Below are positions 34,032 to 43,472 of a stretch of DNA of 64,000 bases, one piece after another. The stretch comes from Luteimonas sp. (lineage in GTDB: Bacteria > Pseudomonadota > Gammaproteobacteria > Xanthomonadales > Xanthomonadaceae). The notes beneath the pieces are model-generated. The model saw nothing but the letters and a program-made list of their open reading frames with translations. It had not been told where the DNA came from and searched no databases. The position numbers and the translations under genes are program-made. The DNA is taken from the NCBI GenBank assembly GCA_041918855.1, contig JAYRUX010000014.1, forward strand, positions 778 to 64,777. Reading direction: 5' to 3'. Positions within the stretch are counted from its first letter, which is position 1; the number at the start of each line of letters is the position of its first letter.

Positions 34032-34880
34032 CTAGGGATTCTCGTCCGGCGGGGCCGCCGGCGGTTGCTGGGCCTGCTGGCGCTGTTGCGCGCGCCGCGC
34101 CTCGATGCGCCTGCGGATGGCCTCGACCTGGGCCTCCGGCGTGCGCACCTCTTCCGCATCGCTGGCGGCGTCGGCGGCATCGGCCGCGTCGCCCTCGCCA
34201 GGTTCCGCCACGGTCACCTGCACCGGCGCGGGCGAGCTCGAGGTGGTGACGGGGATCACCGCACCCGCCTCGCGCGCACCCGGGCGTGGCGTGGGCTGGC
34301 GGCGCACGCGCGACCCGTCCGGCCGCGCGCGCGGGGTGTCCGCCGGCGCTGCCGCGACCGGCGTCGGCGGCTCGCCACCAACGCCGTCGAACACCCGGAG
34401 TTCCAGCGTGGTTTCGCCCTTGGGACCGTCGAAGACCACCGAACGTGGCGCGATCGAGGCCAGCCGCCAGCCGGAGGCGCCCGCGGGCGACTCCCCGACC
34501 CGCAGCCGCACCGGCTCGCCGCCCTCCTGCGGATGCAGGATCGCCATCTCCAGCCCCGGCACAAGCAGCACGCTGGTGAGCACGTACTCGAAGGTTTCCG
34601 GCTCCTCGCCCTCGCCCTGCGGGTTGATGAAGAACGGCTGCGGGCGGCGGTCGCTGGTGAACAGCGGACGGTCGCCGATCTCGGCGTACTGCGGCAGCGG
34701 GCCGAGCCGCTCGTCGACCGCCGGCACGCCCCGCGGCAGGGACTGCAGCAGCGAAGGATCCTCGGCCAGGCGCTCGATGCGCCCGCCCAGGCCGAACAGG
34801 CCCAGCGCCCACACCACCAGCGCCCACAGCGCCACGGCGCCGAGCAGCCAGGTCTTCGCACCCGCGGAGTCAGCGCGCAT
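34032..34880 (-). CDS. xpsN: T2SS protein XpsN (GspC-like)
   Basis: N-terminal TM; RPLFTSDRRP; position between xpsM and xpsD. Confidence 0.85.
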   Translation of the reverse strand: MRADSAGAKTWLLGAVALWALVVWALGLFGLGGRIERLAEDPSLLQSLPRGVPAVDERLGPLPQYAEIGDRPLFTSDRRPQPFFINPQGEGEEPETFEYVLTSVLLVPGLEMAILHPQEGGEPVRLRVGESPAGASGWRLASIAPRSVVFDGPKGETTLELRVFDGVGGEPPTPVAAAPADTPRARPDGSRVRRQPTPRPGAREAGAVIPVTTSSSPAPVQVTVAEPGEGDAADAADAASDAEEVRTPEAQVEAIRRRIEARRAQQRQQAQQPPAAPPDENP

Positions 34881-35478
34881 CGGCGGCGGCTCCCGGCTGC
34901 GGCTGCAGGTAGCCGTAAAGGTTGAAGGTCACCTGCAGGCCGCCGCCGCCCTGGGTGGCGCCGAAGAACTGCTTCTGGACCAGCACGTCGAGGTTGTCGA
35001 CGAACAGCCGCGGCGTGCCGCTCTCGAGCGAATGCAGCACCGCGGCGAGTTCCGGGTTGCCGCAGCGCAGCCGCACCTGCACCACCGCGCGCGGGAATCG
35101 CTCCTGGCGCGGGTCGGTCATCGGCGAGCGGTTGTCGATCGCGCAGCTGGCATTGCCGGGGCTGGCCTCGAGCACCGCCGTTTCCAGGCGCTGCACCAGG
35201 GCCGCGGTCGCGAGTTCGAGGCTGCGCTCGTCCATGAAGCCCGGCACGCGCGCGACCTGGCGCTGCACCTCCTCGAGGCGCTCGCGGACCTGCGGCGCCT
35301 GGCGGAGCTCCATGCGCACCCGGAGGTCGCGCGCCTGCAGGGTCTCGATACGGTCGTCGAGCGCCAGCATCGGCGCCGTCCACCACGGATGCACCAGCAC
35401 CAGGTAGGCCACCAGCACCACGCCGGCGAGCACGCCGAGCGCAAGCCAGCGGTCGCGGTCAGGGCGCGCTGCGCGCAT
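34870..35478 (-). CDS. xpsM: T2SS protein XpsM
   Basis: TM plus coiled coil plus ferredoxin-like domain; cluster position. Confidence 0.85.
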   Translation of the reverse strand: MRAARPDRDRWLALGVLAGVVLVAYLVLVHPWWTAPMLALDDRIETLQARDLRVRMELRQAPQVRERLEEVQRQVARVPGFMDERSLELATAALVQRLETAVLEASPGNASCAIDNRSPMTDPRQERFPRAVVQVRLRCGNPELAAVLHSLESGTPRLFVDNLDVLVQKQFFGATQGGGGLQVTFNLYGYLQPQPGAAADAR

Positions 35479-36634
35479 CGGCGTCCTCCGCTGCGGTCGC
35501 CGCGGGCGCGGCCACCGCCAGTTCCGCGGTGAGCGTGAAGCGGTCGCGGCCGCTGCGCTTGTCGGGCTGCAGGGCTCCGGCGAGCGCGGGCGAGCGCCAC
35601 AGGGGCGAGCCTTCCATGCGCCGCACCAGCGACGAGGCTTCGTTGCTCAGCCCGATCAGCAGGATGCGGTCGTCCTCGATCGAGAGCTTTTCGACGTAGG
35701 TGCTGTCGGGGAGCCGGCGCGCCAGTTCGTCCAGCACCTCGACCGTGGTCGGGCGGCCGCTGCGCGCGGCCTGCAGGAAGGCCATGCCCTCCACGAGGTC
35801 GAGCAGCTGCTTCTTCTCCGCCGACACCGCGCGGGCCTCGACGGCGCGCCGCGCGACCTCCGCCTCGAAGGCGTCGGCGGCAGCGGCGCGGTTGGCGAGC
35901 ACCTGCCACAGGCCGGCTGCGAACGCGATCGCCGCCACGGCGAGCAGGGCGATGTTCCAGCCCATCCAGGGATCGCTGCGGCGATGGCGACGCGCACCCG
36001 GGAGGAGATTGAGCCCGAGGGTGCGGGCGTCGTCGCCGGCGACGTCGACGCCGGCAAGGGTGCGTGCGAGCGGTCCCAGCGCGGCCAGGCGTGCGTCCAG
36101 CACCGTCCGCGGCACCACCACCAGCTCGGCGTCGATCTGCCCGTCGCCGCGGCGGCCGGTCACGCGGGCGTCGTACTCGACGCCGGTGGCGGCGAACGGC
36201 GTCTGCCGCTCGATCTCGAAGGCGAGCACCTCGCGCAGGCGGTCGGCCGCCGCCGCGGGCAGCTGCATCCGGCGGCGCAGCGCGGCGGCGGCCGGAAGCA
36301 CCAGCCAGCGCGGCAGCTCCGCGACGCGTTGCACGAGCAGCGGCGCCAGCGGGTCGTCCAGGCCGGTTTCGCCAGCGCCCCAGGGCAGCTGACCGAGTTC
36401 GCGCGAAGCGTCGCCCCGCTCCAGCGACAGCCGCAGGCTGTCGCCGTCGACCTGAAGCAGCACGCGCTCGCGCGCAAGGCCGAGCAGTTCGCGCACGCGC
36501 AGCGGCAGCCAGCTCGCCAACGCGTGCGTCCACCACGCCCAGAAGCCGGCGAACCCGGGGCGCAGGCGTCCGCCGGCGCGGCCAAGGCGCTGGCGGATCG
36601 GTTGATCGGCCATGGTGTCTCCGACGGCGGGCAT
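35459..36634 (-). CDS. xpsL: T2SS protein XpsL (PilN domain)
   Basis: FEIERQTPF, TM segment, PilN-like C-terminus. ATG 36634 overlaps the xpsK stop; alternative start 36613. Confidence 0.87.
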   Translation of the reverse strand: MPAVGDTMADQPIRQRLGRAGGRLRPGFAGFWAWWTHALASWLPLRVRELLGLARERVLLQVDGDSLRLSLERGDASRELGQLPWGAGETGLDDPLAPLLVQRVAELPRWLVLPAAAALRRRMQLPAAAADRLREVLAFEIERQTPFAATGVEYDARVTGRRGDGQIDAELVVVPRTVLDARLAALGPLARTLAGVDVAGDDARTLGLNLLPGARRHRRSDPWMGWNIALLAVAAIAFAAGLWQVLANRAAAADAFEAEVARRAVEARAVSAEKKQLLDLVEGMAFLQAARSGRPTTVEVLDELARRLPDSTYVEKLSIEDDRILLIGLSNEASSLVRRMEGSPLWRSPALAGALQPDKRSGRDRFTLTAELAVAAPAATAAEDADARSAP

Positions 36635-37482
36635 TATCGCGGTGTCGCTCCTTCTTCCCAACGCAGCGTCGTGTAGGCCGTGCCCGGCACGCCACTGCCC
36701 CCCGCGCGAACCACCGCCCGCAGGACCGCCTGGCGGCCATCGGAGAGCCGCGCGCGGCTGTCGATACTATACGTGCCGCTGCCGCCCCCCACGAGGGCGG
36801 AGTCCGGCTGCGTCCCCTGCGCGCGCTGCGCCAGGATCGGTTCCGGGTCGATGCCCGAGGCCTGGAGCACGGGGCCGCTTGCAAACAGCTGGTCCGGCTG
36901 CGACTGGCCGCTGTGCACGGTGAGGTGCTCCGCCGCGGCCCGGAACAGCGCCGGGGTCATCCCCAGGACCTGCTCCACCTCGGCGACGGTCTCGAAGGGC
37001 GCATCCTTGGCGCCGTAGGGCAGCCCCGCCTGCGCGTAGTCCGGATCCTCGGCACCGCCCGACGGCTGGGTCAGCGGGTCTTCGTCGCGCCAGTCGACGA
37101 TGGCGGCCGCGACCTGGCGGGCGGCCTCCGGCTCCGCGCCCACCACCTGGAACAGCGCCTCGAGCAGCGCCGGGTCGGCCGCGTTGAGGTCGACCTTTGC
37201 CGCTTCGTCGACGATGCGAACCTCCACCTGGGCCGGGCCGAAGCGCCAGGCGTAGGGACGCCCGTCGGCCAGCCACTGCAGGTCCGGTTGCGGGTCGGCC
37301 AGCCGCGTCAGGGCGTATTCGAGGCCGGCGCGGGCGGCCTGTTCGGCCGAGAGCCCACGGCTGATCACGCGGCCCTGCATGTGCTCGACGCGCGCGGTCA
37401 TCGCGTAGGCCCCGACCAGCGCCGTGAGCAACGCCACCAGCCACATCACCAGCACCAGCGCCGCGCCGCGGGCGGACCTCAC
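36634..37482 (-). CDS. xpsK: T2SS minor pseudopilin K
   Basis: RG|AALVLVMW prepilin site; KVDLNAAD; EVEQVLGMT. Confidence 0.9.
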   Translation of the reverse strand: MRSARGAALVLVMWLVALLTALVGAYAMTARVEHMQGRVISRGLSAEQAARAGLEYALTRLADPQPDLQWLADGRPYAWRFGPAQVEVRIVDEAAKVDLNAADPALLEALFQVVGAEPEAARQVAAAIVDWRDEDPLTQPSGGAEDPDYAQAGLPYGAKDAPFETVAEVEQVLGMTPALFRAAAEHLTVHSGQSQPDQLFASGPVLQASGIDPEPILAQRAQGTQPDSALVGGGSGTYSIDSRARLSDGRQAVLRAVVRAGGSGVPGTAYTTLRWEEGATPR

Positions 37483-38243
37483 GGCCGCCGGCTCCGCAGC
37501 CGGTTGCGGCCGCTGCCGCTGTTCCCCGGAGCGGTGCGCGAGCCGCGCAGCAGGCCTCGCCCGCCGCGCAACTTGTTTCCGCCGCGGTCGATGCGGCCGG
37601 TTCCCAGCGCGTCGTCGCCGCTGGCCTGGGGCAGCGCCACCACCAGCGGGGGCCAGGCCGAGCCGTCGCCTTCGATCTCGATCGACACCTGCAGCGGCAA
37701 CTGGTCGACCACGTCCCACTGGTCGGTCCATTCGCCCAGGACGTTGTCGGCGTCGAGGCCGCGGTAGCGGAACCGCGCCTGCGCCAGGTCGCGCACCAGC
37801 GGTTCGGGCGGCCGCGGCTGTGCCTCCTCGAACGTCTCGCCGGCGACCACGGTGGCGAACGACACCGCCAGCATCGGTCCCCCGGCGCCATCGACGACCG
37901 CGATGTCGTGCAGGTGCGGCCCGCCACGCCCCAGATAGTCCGGGAGGTCGGCGACGAATCGCATGCGGCCGGGCTCGCCGAAGAACCGCAGCGGGTCCCC
38001 GGTTTCGGGAACGGTGGCGAAGGCGACCGGCACGGCGGATGCCAGGCGCCGGCGCAGGAAGGTCTGCACCGCGCGCATGCGTTCGCTGCGGGCGGCGAGG
38101 GTCTCGCCGCGGTCGACGGTGGCGGTGGACGCACGCAGGGTTGCGAAGGCGAGCGCCAGGCCCGAGGCGAGCAGCACCGTGGCCAGCAGGACCTCGATCA
38201 GGGTGAAGCCGGCCTCGGGCCGCCGGGGCGCGCGCGCGGTCAT
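37479..38243 (-). CDS. xpsJ: T2SS minor pseudopilin J
   Basis: G|FTLIE prepilin motif. Confidence 0.9.
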   Translation of the reverse strand: MTARAPRRPEAGFTLIEVLLATVLLASGLALAFATLRASTATVDRGETLAARSERMRAVQTFLRRRLASAVPVAFATVPETGDPLRFFGEPGRMRFVADLPDYLGRGGPHLHDIAVVDGAGGPMLAVSFATVVAGETFEEAQPRPPEPLVRDLAQARFRYRGLDADNVLGEWTDQWDVVDQLPLQVSIEIEGDGSAWPPLVVALPQASGDDALGTGRIDRGGNKLRGGRGLLRGSRTAPGNSGSGRNRLRSRRP

Positions 38244-38668
38244 GGCGGCGCCTGCTGCGTCGGGTCGGGCTGCACCAGGCGCAGCGTGTCGACCTGCATG
38301 CGCTGCGCAGGCCCGGCCTCGCCCCAGGTCACCGCCAGCCGCACCTGGAGCAGTTGCGCCGCGAACGGGTCGTCGAGCACCTCCGGCGGACGCAGGGGGT
38401 CGACGTAGGGCGCCACCTCCAGCTGCCAGCGGTAGCGGCCGTCGTCGAACTCGCCTTCGGCCTGCCCAGGCTGCAGGGCCTCGCCGACGCCGAGTTCCGA
38501 CAGCAGCGATTGCGCGTACAGCGAGGCCCGTCCGGCATCGGCCGCCCAGCGCACCTGGCGCGTGGCGCCCGACAGCGTGCCGAGCAGAAGGGTCAGGGCC
38601 ATCGCCAGCACCGCGAATGCGACCAGCACCTCGATCAGGGTGTAGCCGCGCTGGCGGCCCGCGCTCAC
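38240..38668 (-). CDS. xpsI: T2SS minor pseudopilin I
   Basis: G|YTLIE prepilin motif. Confidence 0.9.
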   Translation of the reverse strand: MSAGRQRGYTLIEVLVAFAVLAMALTLLLGTLSGATRQVRWAADAGRASLYAQSLLSELGVGEALQPGQAEGEFDDGRYRWQLEVAPYVDPLRPPEVLDDPFAAQLLQVRLAVTWGEAGPAQRMQVDTLRLVQPDPTQQAPP

Positions 38669-39144
38669 CTCGCCACCTCGGCGCGGTGCAGGCTGACCTC
38701 GCCGGTGAGCCAGGCGACGTCGACGTTCCAGGCGGCGGTGCGGTAGTTCACCTGCACCCGGCCGCCGGTCGAGGCGCCGTCGCCGAAGAACAGGATGGCG
38801 CCCTCGCCTTCGCCCGGCTGGACCTCGCGGGCACCGGTGAAGACGATGCCCAGGCGCTCCGGGACGTCGCCGTCACGGCCATTGGCGCCGCGCCAGGCGT
38901 GCGCCGCGGGATCGATGACGAACGATTGCGGGACGCCCGTCGACAGCGCATGCGCCCGGGCGTACCGCAGTTCGGAAGCGATCTCCTTCGCGCTCGACCG
39001 CAGTTGCATGCGCTCGAGGCCACCGGCCAGCACGCCCGCAGCCAGCAGCCCGGTGGCCGCGATCAGCGACACCACCAGCAGCATCTCGAGCAGCGAGAAG
39101 CCGCGCGCCCGGCGCGGCCCGCGATGGCCGGCAGCGGCGCGCAC
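38665..39144 (-). CDS. xpsH: T2SS minor pseudopilin H
   Basis: G|FSLLE prepilin motif; FFGDGASTGG. Confidence 0.9.
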   Translation of the reverse strand: MRAAAGHRGPRRARGFSLLEMLLVVSLIAATGLLAAGVLAGGLERMQLRSSAKEIASELRYARAHALSTGVPQSFVIDPAAHAWRGANGRDGDVPERLGIVFTGAREVQPGEGEGAILFFGDGASTGGRVQVNYRTAAWNVDVAWLTGEVSLHRAEVAR

Positions 39145-39148
39145 GTCC

Positions 39149-39580
39149 TTACTCGTACGCGATGTCCGCGTCGACGCTCTCGCCGCCCGACTTGCGGTCG
39201 GCGCCCAGGCTCATGATGTCGAAGCGCTGGCTGTCGCCGGGGACGCGGTACTCGAACGGGGTGTTCCAGGGGTCGTTGAGTTCGGCGGCCTTCGCGTACG
39301 GGCCGAGCCAGCCGCTGGCGTTGCCCGGCTGCGTCACCAGCGCGTCCAGCGAATCGGGCAGGGTTCCGGTGTCCATCTCGTACTGCTGCACCTTCTCGGC
39401 CAGGGTCTGCACCTGGGCCTTGGCCAGGTTGACCCGGGCACGGTCGCCGCCGCCGAGGATGCGGGTGGCCGCGAACGCGACGATGCCGCCGATCAGCACC
39501 ACGACCAGGATGATCTCGATCAGGCTGAAGCCGCCCTGGGCCGCCCGCATCGGGGCACGGAATGTTCGCTTGCTGCGCAT
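39149..39580 (-). CDS. xpsG: T2SS major pseudopilin G
   Basis: G|FSLIE; WLGPY; DPWNTP; SLGADRKSGGE. Confidence 0.94.
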   Translation of the reverse strand: MRSKRTFRAPMRAAQGGFSLIEIILVVVLIGGIVAFAATRILGGGDRARVNLAKAQVQTLAEKVQQYEMDTGTLPDSLDALVTQPGNASGWLGPYAKAAELNDPWNTPFEYRVPGDSQRFDIMSLGADRKSGGESVDADIAYE

Positions 39581-39667
39581 CGGGGGGTGGTCCTCTCGGG
39601 TTCGGTTCTGGTTCGGGCAATTCTAGGGGCGGGTGCCGGAGCCTGCCGGCCTGCGGCGGGTCGCGGT

Positions 39668-40885
39668 TCAGCCGATCACGTTGGTGAGGTCGTAGATCGG
39701 GATCAGGACCGCCAGGATGACGACCATCACCACGCCCGCCAGCAGCATGGTGATCACCGGCACCAGCGCCGCCAGCATCCGGTCCAGCGCCTGCCCTGTT
39801 TCCTGCTCGAAGGTGTCCGCGGTCTTCAGCAGCATGGTGTCGAGCGCGCCGGACTCCTCGCCCACCTGCACCATCTGCAGCGCCAGCCTCGGGAAGCGCT
39901 TGCCCCGGGCCAGTGCCGTCGACAGCCCGACGCCGTTCTTGACCTCTTCCGCCGCGGCTTCGACATCGGCGGCGAGCGCGCGGTTCCCCAGCACGTTGCG
40001 GGCGATGCCGAGCGCGACCAGCATCGGCACGCCGTTCTTCAGCAGCGTGCCCAGGGTGCGCATCAGCCGGGCCGTCTCCAGCCGTGCCACCAGCACGCCC
40101 GCGATCTTCTGCCGCAGCAGCCAGTCGTCGAACGCGGCGCGGAACGCCGGATCGCGCAGCCTGCGGTCGAACCACCACAGCCCGAGCGCCGGCACCACGA
40201 TCAGCAACGGCCACCAGTCGCGCACGAACAGGCCGATGCCGAGCACGATGCGGGTGAAGAACGGCAGCGTCGCATCCAGGCTCTCGTACATCACCGCGAA
40301 CTGCGGCACCACGTAGCCGAGCAGGAACAGCAGCGACAGGCCCACCATCACCAGCAGGATCGCGGGGTAGATCAGCGCGTTGATCACGCGGCCGCGCAGG
40401 GCGCGGGTGCGTTCGAGGTAGTCGCCCAGGCGCTGCAGGGTGTCCTGCATGCTGCCGCCGGCCTCGCCGGCGCGGACCATGTTGATGTACAGGCGGGAGA
40501 ACGTCCCGTGCTGGCGCTCCAGCGCCGTCGACAGGGCGGTACCGCCGCGCACGGCGTCGCGGACGTCGGTGACGATGCGCCGCGCGGCCTCGTCCTCCGG
40601 CAGTTCCAGGAGGATGGTCAGCGCGCGGTCGAGCGGCTGGCCGGCGCCGAGCAGGGTCGCCAGCTGCTGCGTGAAGCGGACCAGGCGTTCGCCGGCGAAT
40701 GGCTTGGGCTTGAACAGCGCCTTCCAGGCGCCATCGCCGCCACCCTCGCTCGCCAGCCGCGCCTCGACCGGCAGGTGGCCCTGCTCCTGCAGGCGGAGCA
40801 CGACCTCGCCGTCGCTGGCGGCCTCCATCTGGCCGTCCAGCGTCTCGCCACGGGAGTTGAGGGCCTTGTACCGGTAGAGCGGCAT
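39668..40885 (-). CDS. xpsF: T2SS inner membrane platform protein F
   Basis: MPLYRYKAL start; YINMVRAGEAGG; VGEESGAL. Confidence 0.94.
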   Translation of the reverse strand: MPLYRYKALNSRGETLDGQMEAASDGEVVLRLQEQGHLPVEARLASEGGGDGAWKALFKPKPFAGERLVRFTQQLATLLGAGQPLDRALTILLELPEDEAARRIVTDVRDAVRGGTALSTALERQHGTFSRLYINMVRAGEAGGSMQDTLQRLGDYLERTRALRGRVINALIYPAILLVMVGLSLLFLLGYVVPQFAVMYESLDATLPFFTRIVLGIGLFVRDWWPLLIVVPALGLWWFDRRLRDPAFRAAFDDWLLRQKIAGVLVARLETARLMRTLGTLLKNGVPMLVALGIARNVLGNRALAADVEAAAEEVKNGVGLSTALARGKRFPRLALQMVQVGEESGALDTMLLKTADTFEQETGQALDRMLAALVPVITMLLAGVVMVVILAVLIPIYDLTNVIG

Positions 40886-40935
40886 CGTTCGCCTGCAGGC
40901 GCGCATCGCGGGGCCGCCACGTTACCGCAGGTCGC

Positions 40936-40980
40936 GGTGCCGCTGGGTGCCGCTGGGTGCCGCTGGGTGCCGTCGGGTAC
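40936..40980. repeat. 10-bp tandem repeat (GGTGCCGCTG)x3 plus degenerate units
   Basis: Read directly in the region upstream of xpsF. Confidence 0.85.
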
Positions 40981-41026
40981 GGCGCGCGGGCGCGGGCGCG
41001 AGCCGACGCCTTCGCGTGCCGGCGAA

Positions 41027-41053
41027 ACGCCGCCGCCGCAAAGGCGGCGGCGT
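41027..41053 (-). terminator. GC-rich hairpin after the inserted secreted-protein gene
   Basis: ACGCCGCCGCC-N5-GGCGGCGGCGT, 11-bp stem, short U-tract on the minus strand. Confidence 0.5.
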
Positions 41054-41060
41054 GTCGGCT

Positions 41061-41567
41061 TCAGCCGATGACTTCGGAGTAGTACAGCCAGAAGTCGTTC
41101 AGGCCTGTACCCGGGGCCAGGTTGCACGACAGCGCGATGTAGCTGCTCGGGAAGACGTCGACGCTCTGGAAGTCCTCGGCCTCCCACACCAGGCCGGTCC
41201 AGTCGCCGTCAGCGCTGGTGACCACGGTCTGCGGCACGTAGAGGTTGGTGCCGCCCTTGTAGCCGGTGACCGCGGTGCAGGTGACCTCGGACGCACTGCC
41301 GTCGTGCGAGGACGCGTACATCTCCAGCGCCTCGACGCGGCCCTGGGTCGGGATCGCACACGTTACGTAGGCGCTGGTGGCGCCTTCGTTCTGCAGCGCC
41401 AGCGGGCGCTTGCGCAGCGATCCCTCGAAGTTCGGCAGCGCACCCTGGCAGTGCGCGGGTGCGTTGAAATACTGGGTGCGGTTGGCGGTGACGACTTCGC
41501 CGGCCTGGGCGATGCCCGAGGCGAGCAGGGCCGAGCCCAGCACGGAGCTGATCAGAAGCTTCATCAA
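41061..41567 (-). CDS. Hypothetical secreted protein
   Basis: 168 aa; signal peptide ending IAQA; 4 Cys; normal amino acid composition; purine-rich RBS (AGGGGGA). Confidence 0.8.
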   Translation of the reverse strand: MMKLLISSVLGSALLASGIAQAGEVVTANRTQYFNAPAHCQGALPNFEGSLRKRPLALQNEGATSAYVTCAIPTQGRVEALEMYASSHDGSASEVTCTAVTGYKGGTNLYVPQTVVTSADGDWTGLVWEAEDFQSVDVFPSSYIALSCNLAPGTGLNDFWLYYSEVIG

Positions 41568-41644
41568 GATGTTCCCCCTGGTGCCAGCGGATCAATGGCG
41601 CGCCGGCTTCGCCACGTGCGTTTTACCATGAATCCACCATGAAC

Positions 41645-41660
41645 CGTGTGTGCGGTCACA
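41645..41660. promoter_or_regulatory. Clp/CRP-like site CGTGT-N6-TCACA
   Basis: 8/10 match to TGTGA-N6-TCACA, about 80 bp upstream of the 41567 start. Confidence 0.45.
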
Positions 41661-41685
41661 ATCCGCGCATCCGGAAAGGCGTCGG

Positions 41686-43416
41686 TCAGGCGTCCTCGGT
41701 GACGCGGAGGACTTCCTCGATCGTAGTCATGCCGTCGAGCGCCTTGATGATGCCGTCCTCGTACATGGTGCGCATGCCGGCGTCGCGGGCCAGCTGCTCG
41801 AGTTCGCCCATGCCGGCGTGGCGCATGACCGCGCGGCGGAGCGCGTCGTTCATGACCAGGAACTCCATGATCGTGGTGCGCCCGAGGTATCCCGTCGGGG
41901 CGATCGCAGACCCGCGCGGCCGGTACAGGAAGATCTCGCCCTCGGGCTGGTACTTGCGCAGCGTGAATTTCTCGATTTCCTCCGGCGACGCCGGGTACTT
42001 CTCCGCGTGCGTGGGCTCCAGCCTGCGCACCAGGCGCTGGGCGAGGATGCCGTTGATGGTGGAGGTGAGGAGGTAGTCCTCGACGCCCATGTCGAGCATG
42101 CGGGTGATGCCGCCGGCGGCGTTGTTGGTGTGCAGCGTCGACAGCACGAGATGCCCGGTGAGTGCCGACTGGATCGCGATGCGCGCGGTCTCCAGGTCGC
42201 GCATCTCGCCGATCATGATGATGTCCGGGTCCTGGCGCACGATCGAGCGCAGCGCGTGCGAGAAGTCCAGGCCGATCTGCGGCTTGGCCTGGATCTGGTT
42301 GATGCCCTCGATCTGGTATTCGACCGGGTCCTCGACGGTGATGATCTTGACGTCGGCGGTGTTGAGCTTGGACAGCGCCGTGTACAGCGTCGTGGTCTTG
42401 CCCGAGCCGGTGGGCCCCGTGACCAGCAGGATGCCGTGCGGCTGCTGCAGCACGGCCTCGAACTGCGGCAGGAAGTTGTCGGTGAAGCCCAGCCTGTGGA
42501 AGTCGAACACCACGGTCTCGCGGTCGAGCAGGCGCATCACCACGCTCTCGCCGTGCGCGGTGGGCACGGTGCTGACGCGCAGGTCCAGCTCCTTGCCCTG
42601 CACGCGCAGCATGATGCGGCCGTCCTGCGGCAGGCGGCGCTCGGCGATGTTGAGCTTGGCCATGATCTTGATGCGGCTGATCACCGCGGCGGTGAGGTTG
42701 GTGGGCGGGCTCTCGCCCTCCTCCAGCACGCCGTCGACGCGGTAGCGGACCTTCAGGCGATTCTCGAACGGCTCGACGTGGATGTCCGACGCGCGCAGTT
42801 CGACCGCGCGCTGGATCACCAGGTTCACCAGCCGGATCACCGGCGCTTCGGACGCCAGGTCGCGCAGGTGCTCGACGTCGTCGACGTCGCCGCTGCCCTC
42901 GCCGTCCGCGGTCTCGACGATCGCGCCCATCGCGCTGCGGCCCTGGCCGTACCAGCGCTCGATCAGGTCGCCGATCTCCGAGCGCAGGGCGACGCTCGCG
43001 CGCACCTCGCGGCCCGTCGCCAGCGCGACCGCGTCGCGTGCGTAGGTGTCCTGCGGGTCGGCGACCAGCACCTGCACCGTGGTCTCGTCCTCGGCCACGG
43101 GCACCACGTCGAACTGCTTCATGAACTTGAGCGTCAGCAGCACGCCCTCGGGCGGAAGCTCAGGTGCGTCCTTCACGCTCACCAGCGGCAGCCCGAGCAC
43201 CTCGGCCGCGGTCTCGGCGTGGTCGCGCTCGGACACCAGGCCGAGGCGGGTCAGCAGCGACAGCAGGCTGCCGCCGGTCTCTTCCTGCAGCCGGCGCGCG
43301 CGCGCGAGGTCGGTCTCCTTGAGCCGCGACTTGGCCAGCAACGCGGCGACGATGCGCTCGTCCGCCGACGCCTCGACGGCGCCGGATCCTGCGGGTTCCA
43401 GTACTGCTGCGTCCAC
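41686..43416 (-). CDS. xpsE: T2SS ATPase E
   Basis: GPTGSGKTTTLY, TVEDPVE, RQDPDIIMIGEMRD, TGHLVLSTLH. GTG start at 43416 inferred. Confidence 0.95.
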   Translation of the reverse strand: MDAAVLEPAGSGAVEASADERIVAALLAKSRLKETDLARARRLQEETGGSLLSLLTRLGLVSERDHAETAAEVLGLPLVSVKDAPELPPEGVLLTLKFMKQFDVVPVAEDETTVQVLVADPQDTYARDAVALATGREVRASVALRSEIGDLIERWYGQGRSAMGAIVETADGEGSGDVDDVEHLRDLASEAPVIRLVNLVIQRAVELRASDIHVEPFENRLKVRYRVDGVLEEGESPPTNLTAAVISRIKIMAKLNIAERRLPQDGRIMLRVQGKELDLRVSTVPTAHGESVVMRLLDRETVVFDFHRLGFTDNFLPQFEAVLQQPHGILLVTGPTGSGKTTTLYTALSKLNTADVKIITVEDPVEYQIEGINQIQAKPQIGLDFSHALRSIVRQDPDIIMIGEMRDLETARIAIQSALTGHLVLSTLHTNNAAGGITRMLDMGVEDYLLTSTINGILAQRLVRRLEPTHAEKYPASPEEIEKFTLRKYQPEGEIFLYRPRGSAIAPTGYLGRTTIMEFLVMNDALRRAVMRHAGMGELEQLARDAGMRTMYEDGIIKALDGMTTIEEVLRVTEDA

Positions 43417-43472
43417 GTCTGCCGCCTCGCTTTCCTCGCCCGACTTCACAGGGTACCCCGGGACCGCCGGCG

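Noticed and set aside
30101-34249. 1382-aa plus-strand ORF, and similar long ones such as 43890..47393, 8127..10028, 41650..43698 and 53942..56941
   Set aside because: They are antisense shadows of real genes. High GC makes stop codons rare, and their translations show no recognizable motifs.
40936-40980. Tandem repeat as a possible CRISPR array
   Set aside because: Units are 10 bp with no unique spacers, and no cas genes are present.
39149-43416. No prepilin peptidase in the T2SS cluster
   Set aside because: xps systems use the type IV pilus PilD encoded elsewhere.
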